A DNA stretch of 64,000 nucleotides from Lama glama (GCA_028534125.1 CM052816.1:93002001-93066000); one strand, 5' to 3'. Shown: positions 38,182-51,235, counted from the first letter of the stretch. Numbers and translations: made by a program. The notes: generated by a model from the letters alone, not told the origin.

Positions 38182-39148
38182 TTTTTGTTTGTTTTTATTG
38201 AAGTACAGTCAGTTACAATGTGTTAATTTCTGGTGTACAAGATAGTGTCCCAGTCATACATATACATACATATGTCCCTTTTCACATTCTTTTTCATTAT
38301 AGGTTACTACAAGTTCCCTGTGCTACACAGTACAAACTTGTTTATCTATTTTATATACAGTAGATAGTAGTTGCAAATTTGAAACTCCCAATTTATCTCT
38401 TCCCACCCCCGTTCCCATTGGTAACCATGAGTTGGTTTACTATGTCTGTGAGTCTGTTTCTGTTTTATAGATAAATTCACTAGTGTCTTCTTTTCTTTTC
38501 TTTTTAAAAAATATTTCACATATAAGTGATATCTTATGGCATTTTTTCTTTCTCTTTCTAGCTTACTTCACTTAGAATGACAATCTCCAGATACATCCAT
38601 ATTGCTGCAAATGGCATTATTTTATTCTTTTTTATAGCTGAGTAGTATTCCATTGTATAAATATACCACAACTTCTTTATCCAGTCATCTGTTGATGGAC
38701 ATTTAGGTTGTTTCCACGTCTTGGCTATTGTATATAGTGCTGCTATGAACATTGGGGTGTGTGTATCTTTTCAAATTAGAGTTCCCTCGGGATATACGCC
38801 CAGGAGTGGGATTGCTGGATCATATGGTAGGTCTATTTTTAGTTTTTTGAGGCCTCTCTATACTGTTTTCCATAACGGCTGTACCAAACTACATTCCCAC
38901 CAGCAGTGTAGGAGGGTTCCCTTTTCTTCACAGCCTCTTCAGCATTTATTGTTTGTGGACTTTTTAATGATGGCCATTCTGACTGGTGATACCTCACTGT
39001 AGTTCTGATTTGCATTTCTCTGATAATTAGCAATTTTGAACATTTTTTCATGTGCCTATTGGCCATTTGTATGTCTTCACTGGAGAACTGCTTGTTTAGT
39101 TCTGCCCATTTTTGGGTTGTTTTTTTTTGTTGTTGTTATTAAGTTGTG
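38182..39148 (-). mobile_element. L1 3' end with ORF2 C-terminal remnant
   Basis: ORFs [10 protein letters not shown]... and [19 protein letters not shown]...; TSD TAATATTTTA at 38172-38181 and 39149-39158. Confidence 0.95.
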
Positions 39149-41122
39149 TAATATTTTAAATCTTACAATTAAGACTTAAAAATGGCTAATGTTGTATTCT
39201 TACCTTTTGGATCTCTTTTTAGTATTGGGAAATAACATTAGATGAGAGTAGGGTACCAATAACTTGGTGGTTCTTCATTAAGTATGTCATGTAAGTACAG
39301 CTCCGTTATGAGGGAATCCCCCGAATATAGAGGTATATTCTTGCAGTGGAATTTCTAAAAAATAGACGTTTAAAATCAAGTTGTTAGGCCACTGGCACCA
39401 AAATGAGACAAAACAGGGTCCAGTATGTCACCGGTAAATGAATCAATATAAAGATACTAGGTTAAAGTGTTCATCTGTTTTGGGCTTAAGAGCAAAGCTG
39501 AGGTGCAGATGATCTTTTGGAACAGTGACACAAACATTCTGCAAAGAGATACCATAGATTTTCCTTCATTCTTACCTTTATCTCCGTCCTTCTCTGAATT
39601 TCTTAAATACACCGTGTACAATTTTGTGGGTAACCTGGGAATAGGTTGACTTTTTGGGTTGGGGCCTGGGGTACACGGTGGGATTAGTGTGTTTGTGGCG
39701 GGCAGTAATCAGTCAGTGTGTGCAGAACATTGGGGTTTAAGGATGTTCTCTGAAGGCTCTTTGAAGCCGTTCATTTGAGCTCAGCAATTCCTGTTTCCTG
39801 CAACTCAAGTAGGAACCACCAGACAAACCACTGGCCCCGTGGAGTGGAGCAGAGAGCTCCCGGGGACAGTGATCTGTAAACAGTTCAGTCCTTGACTATT
39901 TAAACAACACCTGTTTCCTGGAGGCTGGATATTCTGGGAGCTGAACGGGCCAATGAATGTCTGTCACACTCCTTGGGGGTCTGTGACACCACTGCCGCTT
40001 CTGGTGCTTGCGTGTTCCTGGCCTAAACGGCACTTGCTTTCTTTGTATTAAGGTTACTTTCTAACGAGGTCTGCGTGTTCCTGCTCTGTGTGCTGGAGGG
40101 GACTGCCGGGGAAGAAAGGATTCGGCTGACTGCTTGTTACATGGGACACTCAAAGTTCTTTACAAAGTTTCTCCCTGACCAGGTTTTGAAGAGATAAAGA
40201 CCCAGGCATCCGTTCTGTAGATGATTTTTGCCTCAAGTCTGCACTTAGGGACAGAGGACAAGAAAGAAATAGTGCTCTTTTTGGTTTGAGGCTTCATGAG
40301 TTTCAACCTTTGGGTCCCCTTCCTTGACACGTGAACCCCAGTTGTAGAAAAATGAAGTGCCCCCCATCTCTTTCTGTCTTGCCTCCCCCTCCTCCCTCTC
40401 ACGGCTCTTCCTTGGTCCTCTAGGTTTCTTCCTGCTCCCGTTTCTTCCCCACAACCCCCTCCTCTCCCTTTTTCCTTCCTCTTCCCTGAACCCCAGCCTG
40501 AGCCCTCAGGTCTGGTCAACCTGAAGAGCATGTGTCTAGAAAGGGACCCATTCAGGCTGGCACTTTCCCTCCTTGCACAGAGCCGAGCAGAGCAGCCACT
40601 GCCCACCTGGCTGCTTGGTTTTTGCAGCAGAAAGATGTCAGTGGTTAGCTTTCAGCCCTTGGTCTTGAAGAAGACAAACTTACAGAATCTGAATGCATAT
40701 TTAAAGTTTGCTATCCTTTCAGCTTGGGGATTATGCCTCCCCCCACCCCCCATTTTTCACACGTTGGTTTTCTTTTACTTGGTTTGAAAAAAAAAAAAAA
40801 AGACTTTTGTGCCAGTCAGGTTGAGGCACGCTCTGGAGAGGCGAAGTCCAGGCTTGTTTAGGGGAGAGGTGAACGCAGCCCCTTGACACAGACTGTGCTC
40901 TGAGAGGGACAGCTGCCAGCACGAAGCATTCAGAAAAAAAATTAAGAGCCTCTTATTTAAGAGATTTTCTTTGTATGATTCTAGATTCCTGCAGTTAATT
41001 TTTTCGGCATTAGACATTTCAATGTTTGTTATTTATTTTTTTGTCAGTTTACACTTTTCCTTTTAAAAACTCAGGTTTCTTTTAATACTACAATTTTAGA
41101 GGCATTATGTGATTTTTAAAAG

Positions 41123-41681
41123 TTTTTTTTTTAATTGAAGTATAGTTGATTTACAATGTTGTGTCAGTGTCTGGTGTACAACATAGTGATTCAGTTATAC
41201 ATATGTATATATATTCTTTTTCATTCTAGGTTATTAACAAGATGTTGCACTTGATCTTGGCCAAAAGGCCGAGAAGCGATTTACAAGATGTTGAATGTAG
41301 TTCCCTGTGCTACACAGTAGGACCTTGTTGTTTATTCTGTATATAGTAGTTTGTATCTGCCAATCCCAAACTCCTTGTTTATTCCCCTTTCCCCTTTGGT
41401 AACCATAAGTTTGTTTTCTATGTCTGTGAGTCTGTTTCTGTTTTGTAAATAAGTTTATTTGTGTCACTTTTTTAGATTCCACATATAAGTGATATCATAT
41501 GCTATTTGTCTTTCTCTGTCTGACTTACTTCACTTAGTATGATAATTTCTAGGCCCATCCCTGTTGCTACAAATGGCATTATTTTATTCTTTTATATTGC
41601 TGAGTAGTATTTCAGCATATAAATATATCATAGCTTCTTTACTCAATCATCTGTCAGTGGACATTTAGGTTGCTTCCATGT
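41123..41681 (-). mobile_element. L1 3' end carrying an inserted U2 fragment
   Basis: Poly(T) plus L1 3'UTR; TSD TGATTTTTAAAAG at 41110-41122 and 41682-41694. Confidence 0.92.
41248..41280 (-). pseudogene. 3'-truncated U2 snRNA retropseudogene (U2 nt 1-33)
   Basis: The minus strand reads ATCGCTTCTCGGCCTTTTGGCCAAGATCAAGTG, a 32/33 match to the U2 5' end; TSD ACAAGATGTTG at 41237-41247 and 41283-41293; no poly(A). Confidence 0.93.
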
Positions 41682-41701
41682 TGATTTTTAAAAGCTTTCT
41701 A

Positions 41702-41882
41702 GAGGGAGAGATATAGCTCAAGTGGTAGAGTGCATGCTTAGCATACACAAGGTCCCAGGTTCATTCCCCAGAACCTCCTCTAAAAATAAATAAATAAGTA
41801 AACCTAATTACCTGTCCCCCCCAAAAAATTTTAAAAAATTAAAATAAATAAAGTGCTGAAAGAAAAAAAAAGTCAAAAAAAA
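41702..41882 (+). mobile_element. Camelid tRNA-derived SINE (Vic-1-type)
   Basis: tatagctcaagtggtagagtgcatgcttagc head and A-rich tail; TSD TTAAAAGCTTT at 41688-41698 and 41883-41893. Confidence 0.9.
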
Positions 41883-42014
41883 TTAAAAGCTTTTTAAAGC
41901 ACATGTGTATTGTTCCCTTGTGGCAAATGGTTTCTTTCCTTCTTTTTTCGCTTCCTCCCTTTTTCTTTATGTTTTTTCTTTATCCTTTTGCTCTCTCTCT
42001 TTCTTTTTAAAATT

Positions 42015-42250
42015 AGTTTAAGAGCACAGAATCTGGAGCCAGATTTCCTGGGTCTGAATCCTGGCTCTAGCACTCATAAGCTGTGTGACCTCTAGTACGT
42101 AACTTGACTTCTCTGTTTGTCAATGTTTTAACTTATAAAAGTAGGTATAGTAACAGTAACTACTTCATAGGCATGTTGTAAGGATTCAGTGAATTGCTGT
42201 TTATAAAGGGCTTAGAACAGGGCCAGGTAAAGAGTAATGCTAGTAATTAA
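42015..42250 (+). mobile_element. MIR SINE
   Basis: gtttaagagcacagaatctggagccagatttcctgggtctgaatcctggctct...gctgtgtgacct. Confidence 0.8.
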
Positions 42251-42386
42251 AATAAAAATAAGACAGGAAAACCTAGGAAATACAGATGACATAAAAATAA
42301 GGAAGTGAACCTCTCAGTCTCAGAAATAATCACTATGAATAATAGTTTCTCCTTCTGTAGCCACACACGTACATGTAATCTATTTT

Positions 42387-42465
42387 TTTTTTAAATAGAG
42401 GTACTGGGGATTGAACCTGGGACCTCATGCATGCTAAGCATGTACCACTGAACTATACCCACCCC
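42387..42465 (-). mobile_element. Camelid tRNA-derived SINE (short)
   Basis: gaggtactggggattgaacc...ctatacccacccc; TSD TGTAA(T/C)CTATTTT. Confidence 0.85.
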
Positions 42466-43237
42466 GCTGTAACCTATTTTTTATTAACTTTTTAAAATAA
42501 AAAATTAGTTTGTACTCTTGGAGCTTGATTTTTTATTTCATTTTACAACATATCATAAACATGTTTTAATTTCATTAAAATCCCTCTTGAACATGATGTT
42601 TAATGGCTGTGTAGAATTCCATTGTACAGCTCTGTAGTAAGTTATTTTATGAATTTTATTGTGAAGCTGTGGAGGTTCTGTTGTAAAGCATTTCTCACAT
42701 TAATCATTAAATATATATATATATATATACACACATATATGCTGTTGTCATCACGATACCCCTGTGCTGCTTCTCCCATCTGCAAGCATCGCACCCTCCA
42801 CCCCCTGGTCGTTTCTCTCTCCTCAGGCTCCCATTTCTGCCCTGGCTTCATTTGAGAAATGATTTTTTTTTTTTTTTGGTTATCAGAACACCTTGTTTAA
42901 ACAGCGAACACCCATATCCCTCCAAAGCAAAGTAAACCAGATCCCAAGCCCTGATCCAGCGCTTCATGATGATGCCTCCCGCCCTAGAGGAACCAGCAGA
43001 AACAAAATACATGCAGCCAGTGGACAAGTAAAACCTTCTCTGTGCTTTAAATTTATCCCACTTTTATTGTATCTGCACTAAAACCATTTTCAACTTTTTA
43101 AATTTAGAGGTTTCTGAAATTCTTGTATTATCGCAAATAAGTTTTAGTTTGTCGAAATAGCAAATTCTTAACCAGAATAGGAGCAGAGCCAACCCTGGGG
43201 TGACTTGCAGGTAGAAAAAAATCCGAGGGATGGGTAA

Positions 43238-43256
43238 GTTCGCCACCTAGTGGCTT
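43238..43256 (-). promoter_or_regulatory. CTCF motif next to an ETS site
   Basis: Minus strand AGCCACTAGGTGGCGAAC; CCGGAAGTG at 43260-43268. Confidence 0.65.
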
Positions 43257-44734
43257 TCCCCGGAAGTGGCGTCCTTGAAGTTGGCCTTCGGTTTGGGTTT
43301 CCAAACCCTTATCACCACGTGTTCATTTTTCTACAGACAAAAGTAGTCATTATTTGAGAGGTCCCATTGAAGCATCTTATTAAATTCTCTCATATTTTGT
43401 AGATAAGGAGACATTAAACTTAGTTCATTTGCTAATATGATTTTGCTTTCATTCTCTTGTGTGAGAAATTGGTGATCTGTTACTACGGTAACGCTCAGAG
43501 TAACTCACTGGCAGGGGACTCATTCGCTTTATGTCTTGTGTCCAGTTACCATAGTATCCTGTTGCATTTGCAGTTACCAGAAAGGAAGGTAGCCAGGAAT
43601 TGTTCATCTCTATCACGTTCAGCTTCTCACTTTACCAACGACCTCTTATAAATCAAGAACATCTTGGAAGACGTTCCCTAAATAAAACAGTCTGAGTGTG
43701 GTTTTGTGTTCCCAGTGTATTAGGTGTGCAATCCTGGGAAAGCAAGAGTGAGGGGAGGAAGAGTGAGGTAGGGGAGGAGGGAGAGCCCATACGAGGGTGT
43801 GGTACTTAGCTGGTAGCCATCTGATGGGACTGAACCAGCAGGCAAGAAGGGAGAATTCACCTCGTGCTCCACCTCCCTCCCGGTGGACGTTTGCTTCACG
43901 GTCATTCATTCCCTTGCTCCTTGGGTTGTGTGACAGGGAAGACGAGCAGATCCCAGGCAACAGGGAAACCCTGGGGCGGGAGATGAGAGGTGTGCAGTCT
44001 GGAGATGGAGCCAGAAACGTTGTGGGCTGCGTGTATGGAACAGGGTCCCAGAGGTGAACGCCGAACAACAGCTTGGGCGGAGCCAGTGGTCCAGGGCCAC
44101 AGAGACAGGCGAGGCAGGACAGTTGAAAGGCAGTGCAGAAAAGTGTGGGACTCAGAGACCTTGCTTACCCCAGATTCTGCTCACAGGAGCCCATCAAGGC
44201 ACTAAATAATGTTGGTTATGGACTTTAATATCTTTTCTAGTAAATGCTTCCTGCAGGATTCCCAGGAGTAGAGATATCATGTGGAGATGAGGGTTCTTTC
44301 AGTTGCAGAAACCAAAACCAATGAAGGCAGAGAATGGGGAGTGGGCCTGAAGTGGCCAGGCTTGTCCTGGGGAGTCCTGGGCGTGGGCAGCGATGATGCT
44401 GGATCTGAGAAAGGGCGGAAGCCAGGATGAGCAAGTATCCTGGCTCTCATCTCTGCACACGCGGGCTCTTTGCTTCACTCTTGCTCCATCTTTCTGAAGA
44501 CTGGCGTTGTGTCCATAGTCTGCATGCGTGTGGGCAGAAGCAGCCAACCTGTGCTGTCTGAGCGTTCGTGTCTCCAGCCACCAGGATGGCTTCTCTCTGG
44601 CTCTCATTCCGAATGCCAGGGAGGCAACCGCTCCAGCTTGGCCAAGTGTTCTCCTCTGATCCCCCCAGCCCTGTAACGTGGAGAAGCCGGGCCAGATCCC
44701 CGCCCCCACCCCGCCCTGGCCCTGCATTATATAT

Positions 44735-45137
44735 TTTATTTATTTAAAAAATTGAAGTATAACTGATTTATAATGTGTTAGTTCCTGGTATACAGCATAG
44801 TATTTCAATTATACATATGTATCTTTTTAATTATGGGTTATTACAAGCTATTGAGTATAGTTCCCTGTGCTGTACAGTAGGACCTTGTGTTTATCTGTTC
44901 TGTATATAGTAGTTTGTATCTGCAATCCCAAACTCCTGATTTATTTCCCCTCTTCCCCTTTGGTAACCATAGATTTGTTTTCTATGTCTGCAGTCTCTTT
45001 CTGTTCTGTAGATAAGTTCCTTTGTGCCATTTTTTAAAAAAGATTCCACATGTAAGTGGTATCACGTATTTGTCCTTCTCTGTCTGACTTGCTTCACTTA
45101 GTGTGATCATCTCTAGGTCCATCCATATTGCTGCAGA
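44735..45137 (-). mobile_element. L1 3' end
   Basis: ttgaagtataactgatttataatgtgttag...ctaggtccatccatattgctgca. Confidence 0.9.
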
Positions 45138-45821
45138 TGAGGCCGGGCCATCTCTGAAATGACTCCCGTGGCCAAGAGGAGAGGTTACCAGGGCAGGGGC
45201 AGATTTACTGTGTTCTGGGGCTGATACGTGATTTTCCATCCCTAGGCGGTGGGGCTGCTGAGAACACACACTCAGACTCCTTTCAACTTTCATCCCATAA
45301 TGAAAGCGTTGCCTCCCCCAACCCCTCTGCAGCCTGCAGGAGCCAACCCGAAGTTGCGTTCAGCTTTTGCACCTACCGGTGATGCCTCAAGGTCTCCTGG
45401 TGGTGGTCCTTCTTCCGTGTGGTCATGACCCAGGCCAAGGAGCACCCGTACAACTGGAGACCGAGTGCTAAATTATTTAGTTATCCTAAGACGACTGATG
45501 TGACATCGTGGGGGTGGCAGGTGGGGAACAGGACTGCTAAAACTCAAGTGCCCATTTGCAAAACACTAAAAGGAGCAGAAGCCTCGGTGAAGGGCGGACT
45601 GGTCACTGGCCCAGCATGGGGCATTCGTGAATAGGGGGAGTGGGGGCGGGGGCGGGGGCGGGTCAGGGACTCTCGCGCGTCCTGTTGCTGACTGGCTACT
45701 GCTGGGAGCTCCTTGCTTGGCCTGTTCCCACCAGGCTTTACCCACAGGAAGGCATCCCCTACTTCAGGGCTCTGTGGGCAGTTCCCTGTTAGGTACAAGA
45801 TTCAAATGCAATTCAGTTTTA

Positions 45822-46185
45822 ACAGGTGAGTCAGCTTCCTATGGCTGCTGAAATACATTACCACAAACCTAGTGGCTTACAGCAGCACACCTTTATTCTC
45901 CAACAGTTCTGTCGGTTGGAAACCTGACATAGGTCTCACTGGGCTCAAATCAAGGCACTGGCAGGGCTGCATTCCCTTCCGGAGTCTCTAGGGGAGGCTG
46001 TTTCTGGCTTTTTCCAGCTTCAAGAGACAGTCCACATTCCTTGGCTCATGGCCCCTTCAAAGCCAGCAACATGGCCTCTCTCTGATCATTCTTCTTTAGT
46101 CACATCTGTCTCTGACCCCGTCTTCTGCCTCTGTCACCCACCTTTAAGGGCCCTGATTGTACTGAGCTCACCTGGATAATGCAGG
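45822..46185 (-). mobile_element. MaLR LTR (MLT1D/E-like)
   Basis: ttaccacaaacctagtggcttac...gggctgcattcccttccggag...ctggataatgcagga. Confidence 0.75.
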
Positions 46186-47111
46186 ATACGTACGCCTCCT
46201 GCTTGCTTCCCCCCTGGGACGGTGTTCTGCCTGCTGCAGCGGGTGCTTTCTGTTGTGAGCACTGGAGTCTGAATATTGTCTGAGGGACTGAGCAAGACAC
46301 AGGCTTGGGTGGCAGCTTCCACAAAACCTTAGCTGATTGCTGTGTAGGTTTCATTTCTGAGAATGCTCTTTGCTTCCCATCCAAGTGGGAATCATGCCAG
46401 CCAATGTTTGGTTGTGTTTCCTGCAAGAGGTCTGGGGATTCTGCCCATTCTTACAGCCCAGAGGTTCTCTAAGTATCACCAAGGAGCCCTGGGGGCCTCA
46501 GATCCTTTTAGGGGCTCTTTGAGCTCAGAACTCTGTGTGTTTTGTGAGACATCTTGATTGTGGAATTGCCTTCCAGTGGCTGCATGACGTGTGGCAGTGT
46601 CATTGCTCTGATGGCTGATGGGATGTGTCCCTGTAGATTCTTGTGTTTTAAACATGTCTTGATTTTAGTTTCAAATGGAGTAAATACCAACAGATAAAAC
46701 CCACGTACACACAGGCTTTGGGTCCTTGATAATTTCTAAGGGCATAAAGGGTTCCCGGGACATAAAATTTTGAGACTCACTGCCCCCCAAGCCAGGGCAG
46801 ATGATGAGGTGAGATTTGAGGAAGGACCTGCAGAGGCGTGGGCTTTGGGCGTGTGCACAGATGGGGAGGAGCACTACAGCAAAGAAAGCAGTGGGGGCCC
46901 AGGAGTGGCTGGAGGGGTTGAGCACAGAGGAGAGAGCAGGAGATGAGTAGGAGAGGTGAAGGGGGCTGGGAGGTTTGTGTAAAGAGGGTGGGGATCCTGG
47001 ATACCTGTGGGAAGTATTCACTTTTACTCTGAGTGAAAGAGGGACCCACTGGAGAACAGAGGAGTTTGGTCAGGGGAGATTATAGTGGTTGGGGCCAGTG
47101 GCAGTAGTAGC

Positions 47112-47560
47112 TTTAGTCAGGGGTCTCTGGAGGAACAGAGCCAATAGGAGATATATTATCTGTCTGTCTGTCTTCTATCTGTCTGTCTGTCTGTCTGTCT
47201 ATCTATCAATCATCAAGAGAGCTTTATTTATTTTAAGGAATTTACTCCCACAATTGTAGAGCCTGGTGGGTCCAAAATCTGTGGTGTAGGTCAGCAGGCT
47301 GGAGACCCAGGAAGAGCTGATGCTGAAGCATAAGTTCAAAGACAGCCTGGAAGGAGAATTCCCTCTTCTTCAGGGTGCCCCCATCTTTTGTCTCTTAAGG
47401 CCTTCAACTGATTGGGTGAGGCCCACCCACATTGTGGAGGGTAATCTGCTTCACTGAGTCTCCTGATTTAATTGTTAATCTCATCTTGGAAATACCTTCA
47501 CAGCAACCTCTAGACTAGTGTTTGACCAAGTGTCTGGGTTCTCTGTGTAGACAAATAAAA
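47112..47560 (-). mobile_element. ERVL LTR (MLT2-like) with internal (TCTG/TCTA)n
   Basis: ttagtcaggggtctctggaggaacagagccaatagg...gccttcaactgattgggtgaggcccacccacattg. Confidence 0.8.
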
Positions 47561-48339
47561 TTCATCATCCAGTAGGGGGAAAGCTGTTGGGTTCTGGAGC
47601 TGAGATGCCTCTCTTGGCTTTTGTAACCCGGCTAGGAGGTAAGTGCCATCACAGACTTGAAACCCTGGTGTGTCTGTGCATGAACATGCCCAGTGGCCTC
47701 CTCTCATGAGGGATGATGATTGCCCCTGGGAGCATCAAAGCTGCACCAGCTTTCCCCTCAGTTCTCATAGGTTTTCCACAGAGCCCATGGTTTAGGACCT
47801 GCAATGTCATCTGGAAGAACTGCTTTTCTATTCTTCCCTCACTGGATGTCCTCTGTGATCCTGTGCAAGACTTTCTTCTCCATTGGCCAAAATAAAATAA
47901 TAGGAAGAAGACGCCTAAAAGTCCTAGGTAACCCCCCCCCTTAGGAACCACCCTCCGCTAGAATGTCTGCAGCTCATCTCAGACGTCCAGATGTGCCCAG
48001 GTGTGTTTGAATCCCATTTGGCCTGGGCCGGGACCGGGGATATCCCTGTGGGGGGATCTGTGATGACTCCCTCCACCCTCACAGGAGAATCTGGAGCTGC
48101 TAGTCTGGCCACGAACCAGGGAGGCAAGAAAGGGGGGTCGATTTAGCCAAAGCCAGGAAAGAGGAGGGAGGCGGAGAGGGAAAAGCTGTGGAAGGTCTAT
48201 GTGTGAGAAGCTCTGGAACAGCTTTGGGGTGTGAGAGGATAGAGGAGCAGAGGGAGGGGGCTTTTGAGAAATGCTGCTCTGGGTTATGAATCAAATCCCC
48301 TTTAATAGTCTTAGATATGCAAGCAATAATCAGACTTTT

Positions 48340-48470
48340 AAAAAGTAGTATGTATGTATGTATGTATGTGTGTATGTGTGTATGTATGTATTTATGGGAA
48401 GTACTCAGGGTTGAACCCAGGACCTTGTGCATGTTAAGAATGCACTCTCCCACTGAGCTATACCCACCCC
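48340..48470 (-). mobile_element. Camelid tRNA-derived SINE with a (TATG)n tail
   Basis: ttgaacccaggaccttgtgcatg...cactgagctataccc; TSD CAATAAT(C/T)AGACTTTT at 48324-48339 and 48471-48486. Confidence 0.88.
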
Positions 48471-48740
48471 CAATAATTAGACTTTTTCAAAACCACTTTT
48501 GGCTCCGGGACTCCAATGCTTTACATGGGACTCCCTGGCAAGACTGAGCCATGTGGACCCCAGCTTTTTCAGTTGGGTTACAAATGCCTACCTGACCACG
48601 GTGTGGTAGAAAAGTAAGAAGGCTTACATACCAGCTGGATGACCTACTATGAGATGCTTCTTGAAACTGCAAATTTTCTCCTCCAGAAGATGGGGTGAAT
48701 GAAGCTACCCTGTAGGGTTGTTGTAGGGGTCCAGTGACCA

Positions 48741-48880
48741 TTTTATTTTGTTTGTTTGTTTGTTTGTTTTTTAGAGGGGACTAATTAGGCTTATTTATTT
48801 TGATAGAGGTCCTGGGGATTGAACCCAGGAACTTGTGCATGCCAAGCAAGCACTCTACCACTGAGCTATATACCCTCCTC
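48741..48880 (-). mobile_element. Camelid tRNA-derived SINE
   Basis: ggggattgaacccagg...ctctaccactgagctatataccc; TSD GGGGTCCAGTGA at 48726-48737 and 48885-48896. Confidence 0.88.
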
Positions 48881-50777
48881 TCTGGGGGTCCAGTGAGATG
48901 AGGCGTGGAGAGGTTTTCCTGGCACATGGACTTGCTCAGCAAAGATCTCCAAGCCTTCCCCCAGTCTCCCCCTCTTTCTGCCCTGCCCTTCATCTAAATA
49001 GACCTGAACAGATTTTCTGCTTCTCCTGAACTAATGGAAATCTAAAGACCTGTGACGTTTAACATGGCAGTTTTCTGAGGGGATCAGGGATAAGGAGGTA
49101 CAGATCACTGGGGCCAGAGATGGAAGAGCAGCGAGCTTCCCGTGTCCTCACTGGCTTTGCCAGTGAAGCTGAGAATGGGGGAGGTGGAGCACCCAAGCCT
49201 GGACTTGAAGACCTTTGCATGCACGAGCAGAGGCTGAGAAGTTACAGCTCCTCAGGTGGTGCCAGAGTATTTATCCTTCACCTGAATTAATGACTCCTAG
49301 AGTTACAGTTCATGCGCCATCCTATCAAGACTGCCATGTAGGTGACACTTTATAATTGAACCTTTTCAGAATGCCATCGTGCTTAGCAACAGAATTGTTT
49401 GGAGATTAGCCCCATCTTGTGGAGAAGCCCAAAAAGATTTTAGTGACATACTGCTCAAGGTTAAGGAATTGAAGCAAAATGCATTTGAATATTAATATTA
49501 TTATCCTTTGGGGAAAATACCATGACGTTTTATAGAATCAGAGCAGTACATTTTGTGTGAAACTTCATAAATGTTATTCTTCATAGGTGATGAAGCTACT
49601 TCAGCTGGTGATACTGATTCTAATTGCATGGGCATCTCAAAAAAGAGGCTTACTTTTAATTTCCTGCACAAAGGATTATTTTCACAATTCTGTTCACTTG
49701 TGTGAGTTTGGAGCAAGTCTAGAATAAAAGGTGCTTAAGATTACCTTGGGCATGAAAAAAGACTTTTTATCAACTTGAGGATGCTAGGTAATCCATCTAG
49801 GAATGGAGCAACTAAACAGCTGGATGGATGAGAAGGTTTTGTGTTATGTGGTTGAAACGTTTTTCCTCTGTTTTTTCTAGAAGTTTAACAGTGTTGTGAA
49901 ATGCAGCAGATGGAGAGATTTTCTTTCTCTAGACATGGTGAGGGCTGAAGTTGGATGCAGAATCACTTCTTACTAGAGAATCTTAGACCAGCTCTTTACC
50001 TTCAGGAACGCAAAAAGACCACAAGCAAGGGGGCTTGGGTTCTCGTCTTGGCGAGTCACCACCTGTCTCCCTCATGTGGGGGAAGGGACTCATCCTTTCT
50101 AGGTACCAGTTTCCTAATCTGTCCTGTGAGGAAATTGGAAAAGATGATCTCCTAAGATTCCACGCTCCAGGTTCTAAGAGTGGGAGGGAAGCGGAAGCAT
50201 CGCACAATGTGTAGGAAAGGGACAAGGGACCTTTCCTCCGAGGAGGCCCCGGGAGGGCTGGGAGAGAGGAGGAAGCGCACAGGTGTAGCTGTCCCGGGAA
50301 CGCGAGCCTCCTGCTCACGGAACTTATCTATGCTTTTAGGACCCGGAGGACAGTCATTGCAAAAGCCCAACTTTACAACCAGAAGGACCAGAAAACACTG
50401 GGTTTATGATGGGAATTTCAGGTACTGTGGTCACTTGGAGTTCCTGCTGGGCCCCGTAGCAAGCCAGGAGCTGTTTCAAGAAGAGATGAGTTCTTTCCAA
50501 AGTGAGCAGGGGGCCTTTGCTATCATTTTCTCCCCAGGGCTCCGTGCAGCATCCCATCTTCCCCAGAAACTTTGAGCTCAGTCACAGGGTCAGAAGGATT
50601 TGCACCAGATGGAGCTGTGTCTTGCCTGGGGCCCCCCTCAAAGCTGGAAGCCATCTACATACATTACTGTGCCCATGGCAGGAGCAATATGCCCAAATAT
50701 GGGATATATTGCACCCAAAAGCCAAAGAGGCTCAACAAAACTTGTGCTTCTTTCCAGTTCAAGAAATCATATCGGGA

Positions 50778-51000
50778 TTAGCAGATACACACGGCTGTAT
50801 ATGAAATAGATAAACAACAAGGCCCTGCTGTAGAGCCCAGGGAACTTTATTCAATACCTCGTAATGGCCTATGATGAAAAAGAGTATGAAAAGGAATATA
50901 TATCTGTGTGTGTGTGTGTGTGTGTATAACTGAATCACTATGCTGCACACCACAAGCTAACACAACATTGTGAATCAACTATACTTCAGTTAAAAAAAAA
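50778..51000 (+). mobile_element. L1 3' end with internal (TG)n
   Basis: aaacaacaaggccctgctgtagagcccagggaact...caactatacttcagtt + poly(A). Confidence 0.88.
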
Positions 51001-51064
51001 GACATCATGTTTGGGAAGAGCAGCTGTAATTAGAGTCAGTCCCCAATGAAGCTGCTTTATGGGT

Positions 51065-51235
51065 CATTCAGTGCTTCTCAGCCGAGAGCAATTTTGTCCC
51101 CCAGAGGATATCTGGCAATGTCTAGAGACAACATCACAACTGGGGAAGGTGTGCTAGAGGTCAGGGATGCTGCGAAACAGTCCACACTGCACGATTTATC
51201 CAGCCCCAAACATCAGCAGTGCCGAGGCTGAGGGG
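51065..51235. mobile_element. MER20-like hAT-Charlie transposon
   Basis: cagtgcttctcagccg...ttttgtcccccagaggatatctggcaatgtctagagaca...gatgctgcgaaaca. Confidence 0.75.

Noticed and set aside
38558..39066. ORFs resembling a real protein (also 21565-21789 and 57228-57410)
   Set aside because: Fragmented L1 ORF2p C-terminus from 5'-truncated, non-autonomous copies, not host genes.
41248..41280. Functional U2 snRNA gene
   Set aside because: Only the first 33 nt of U2; no Sm site, no recognisable snRNA promoter or 3' box; flanked by a TSD.
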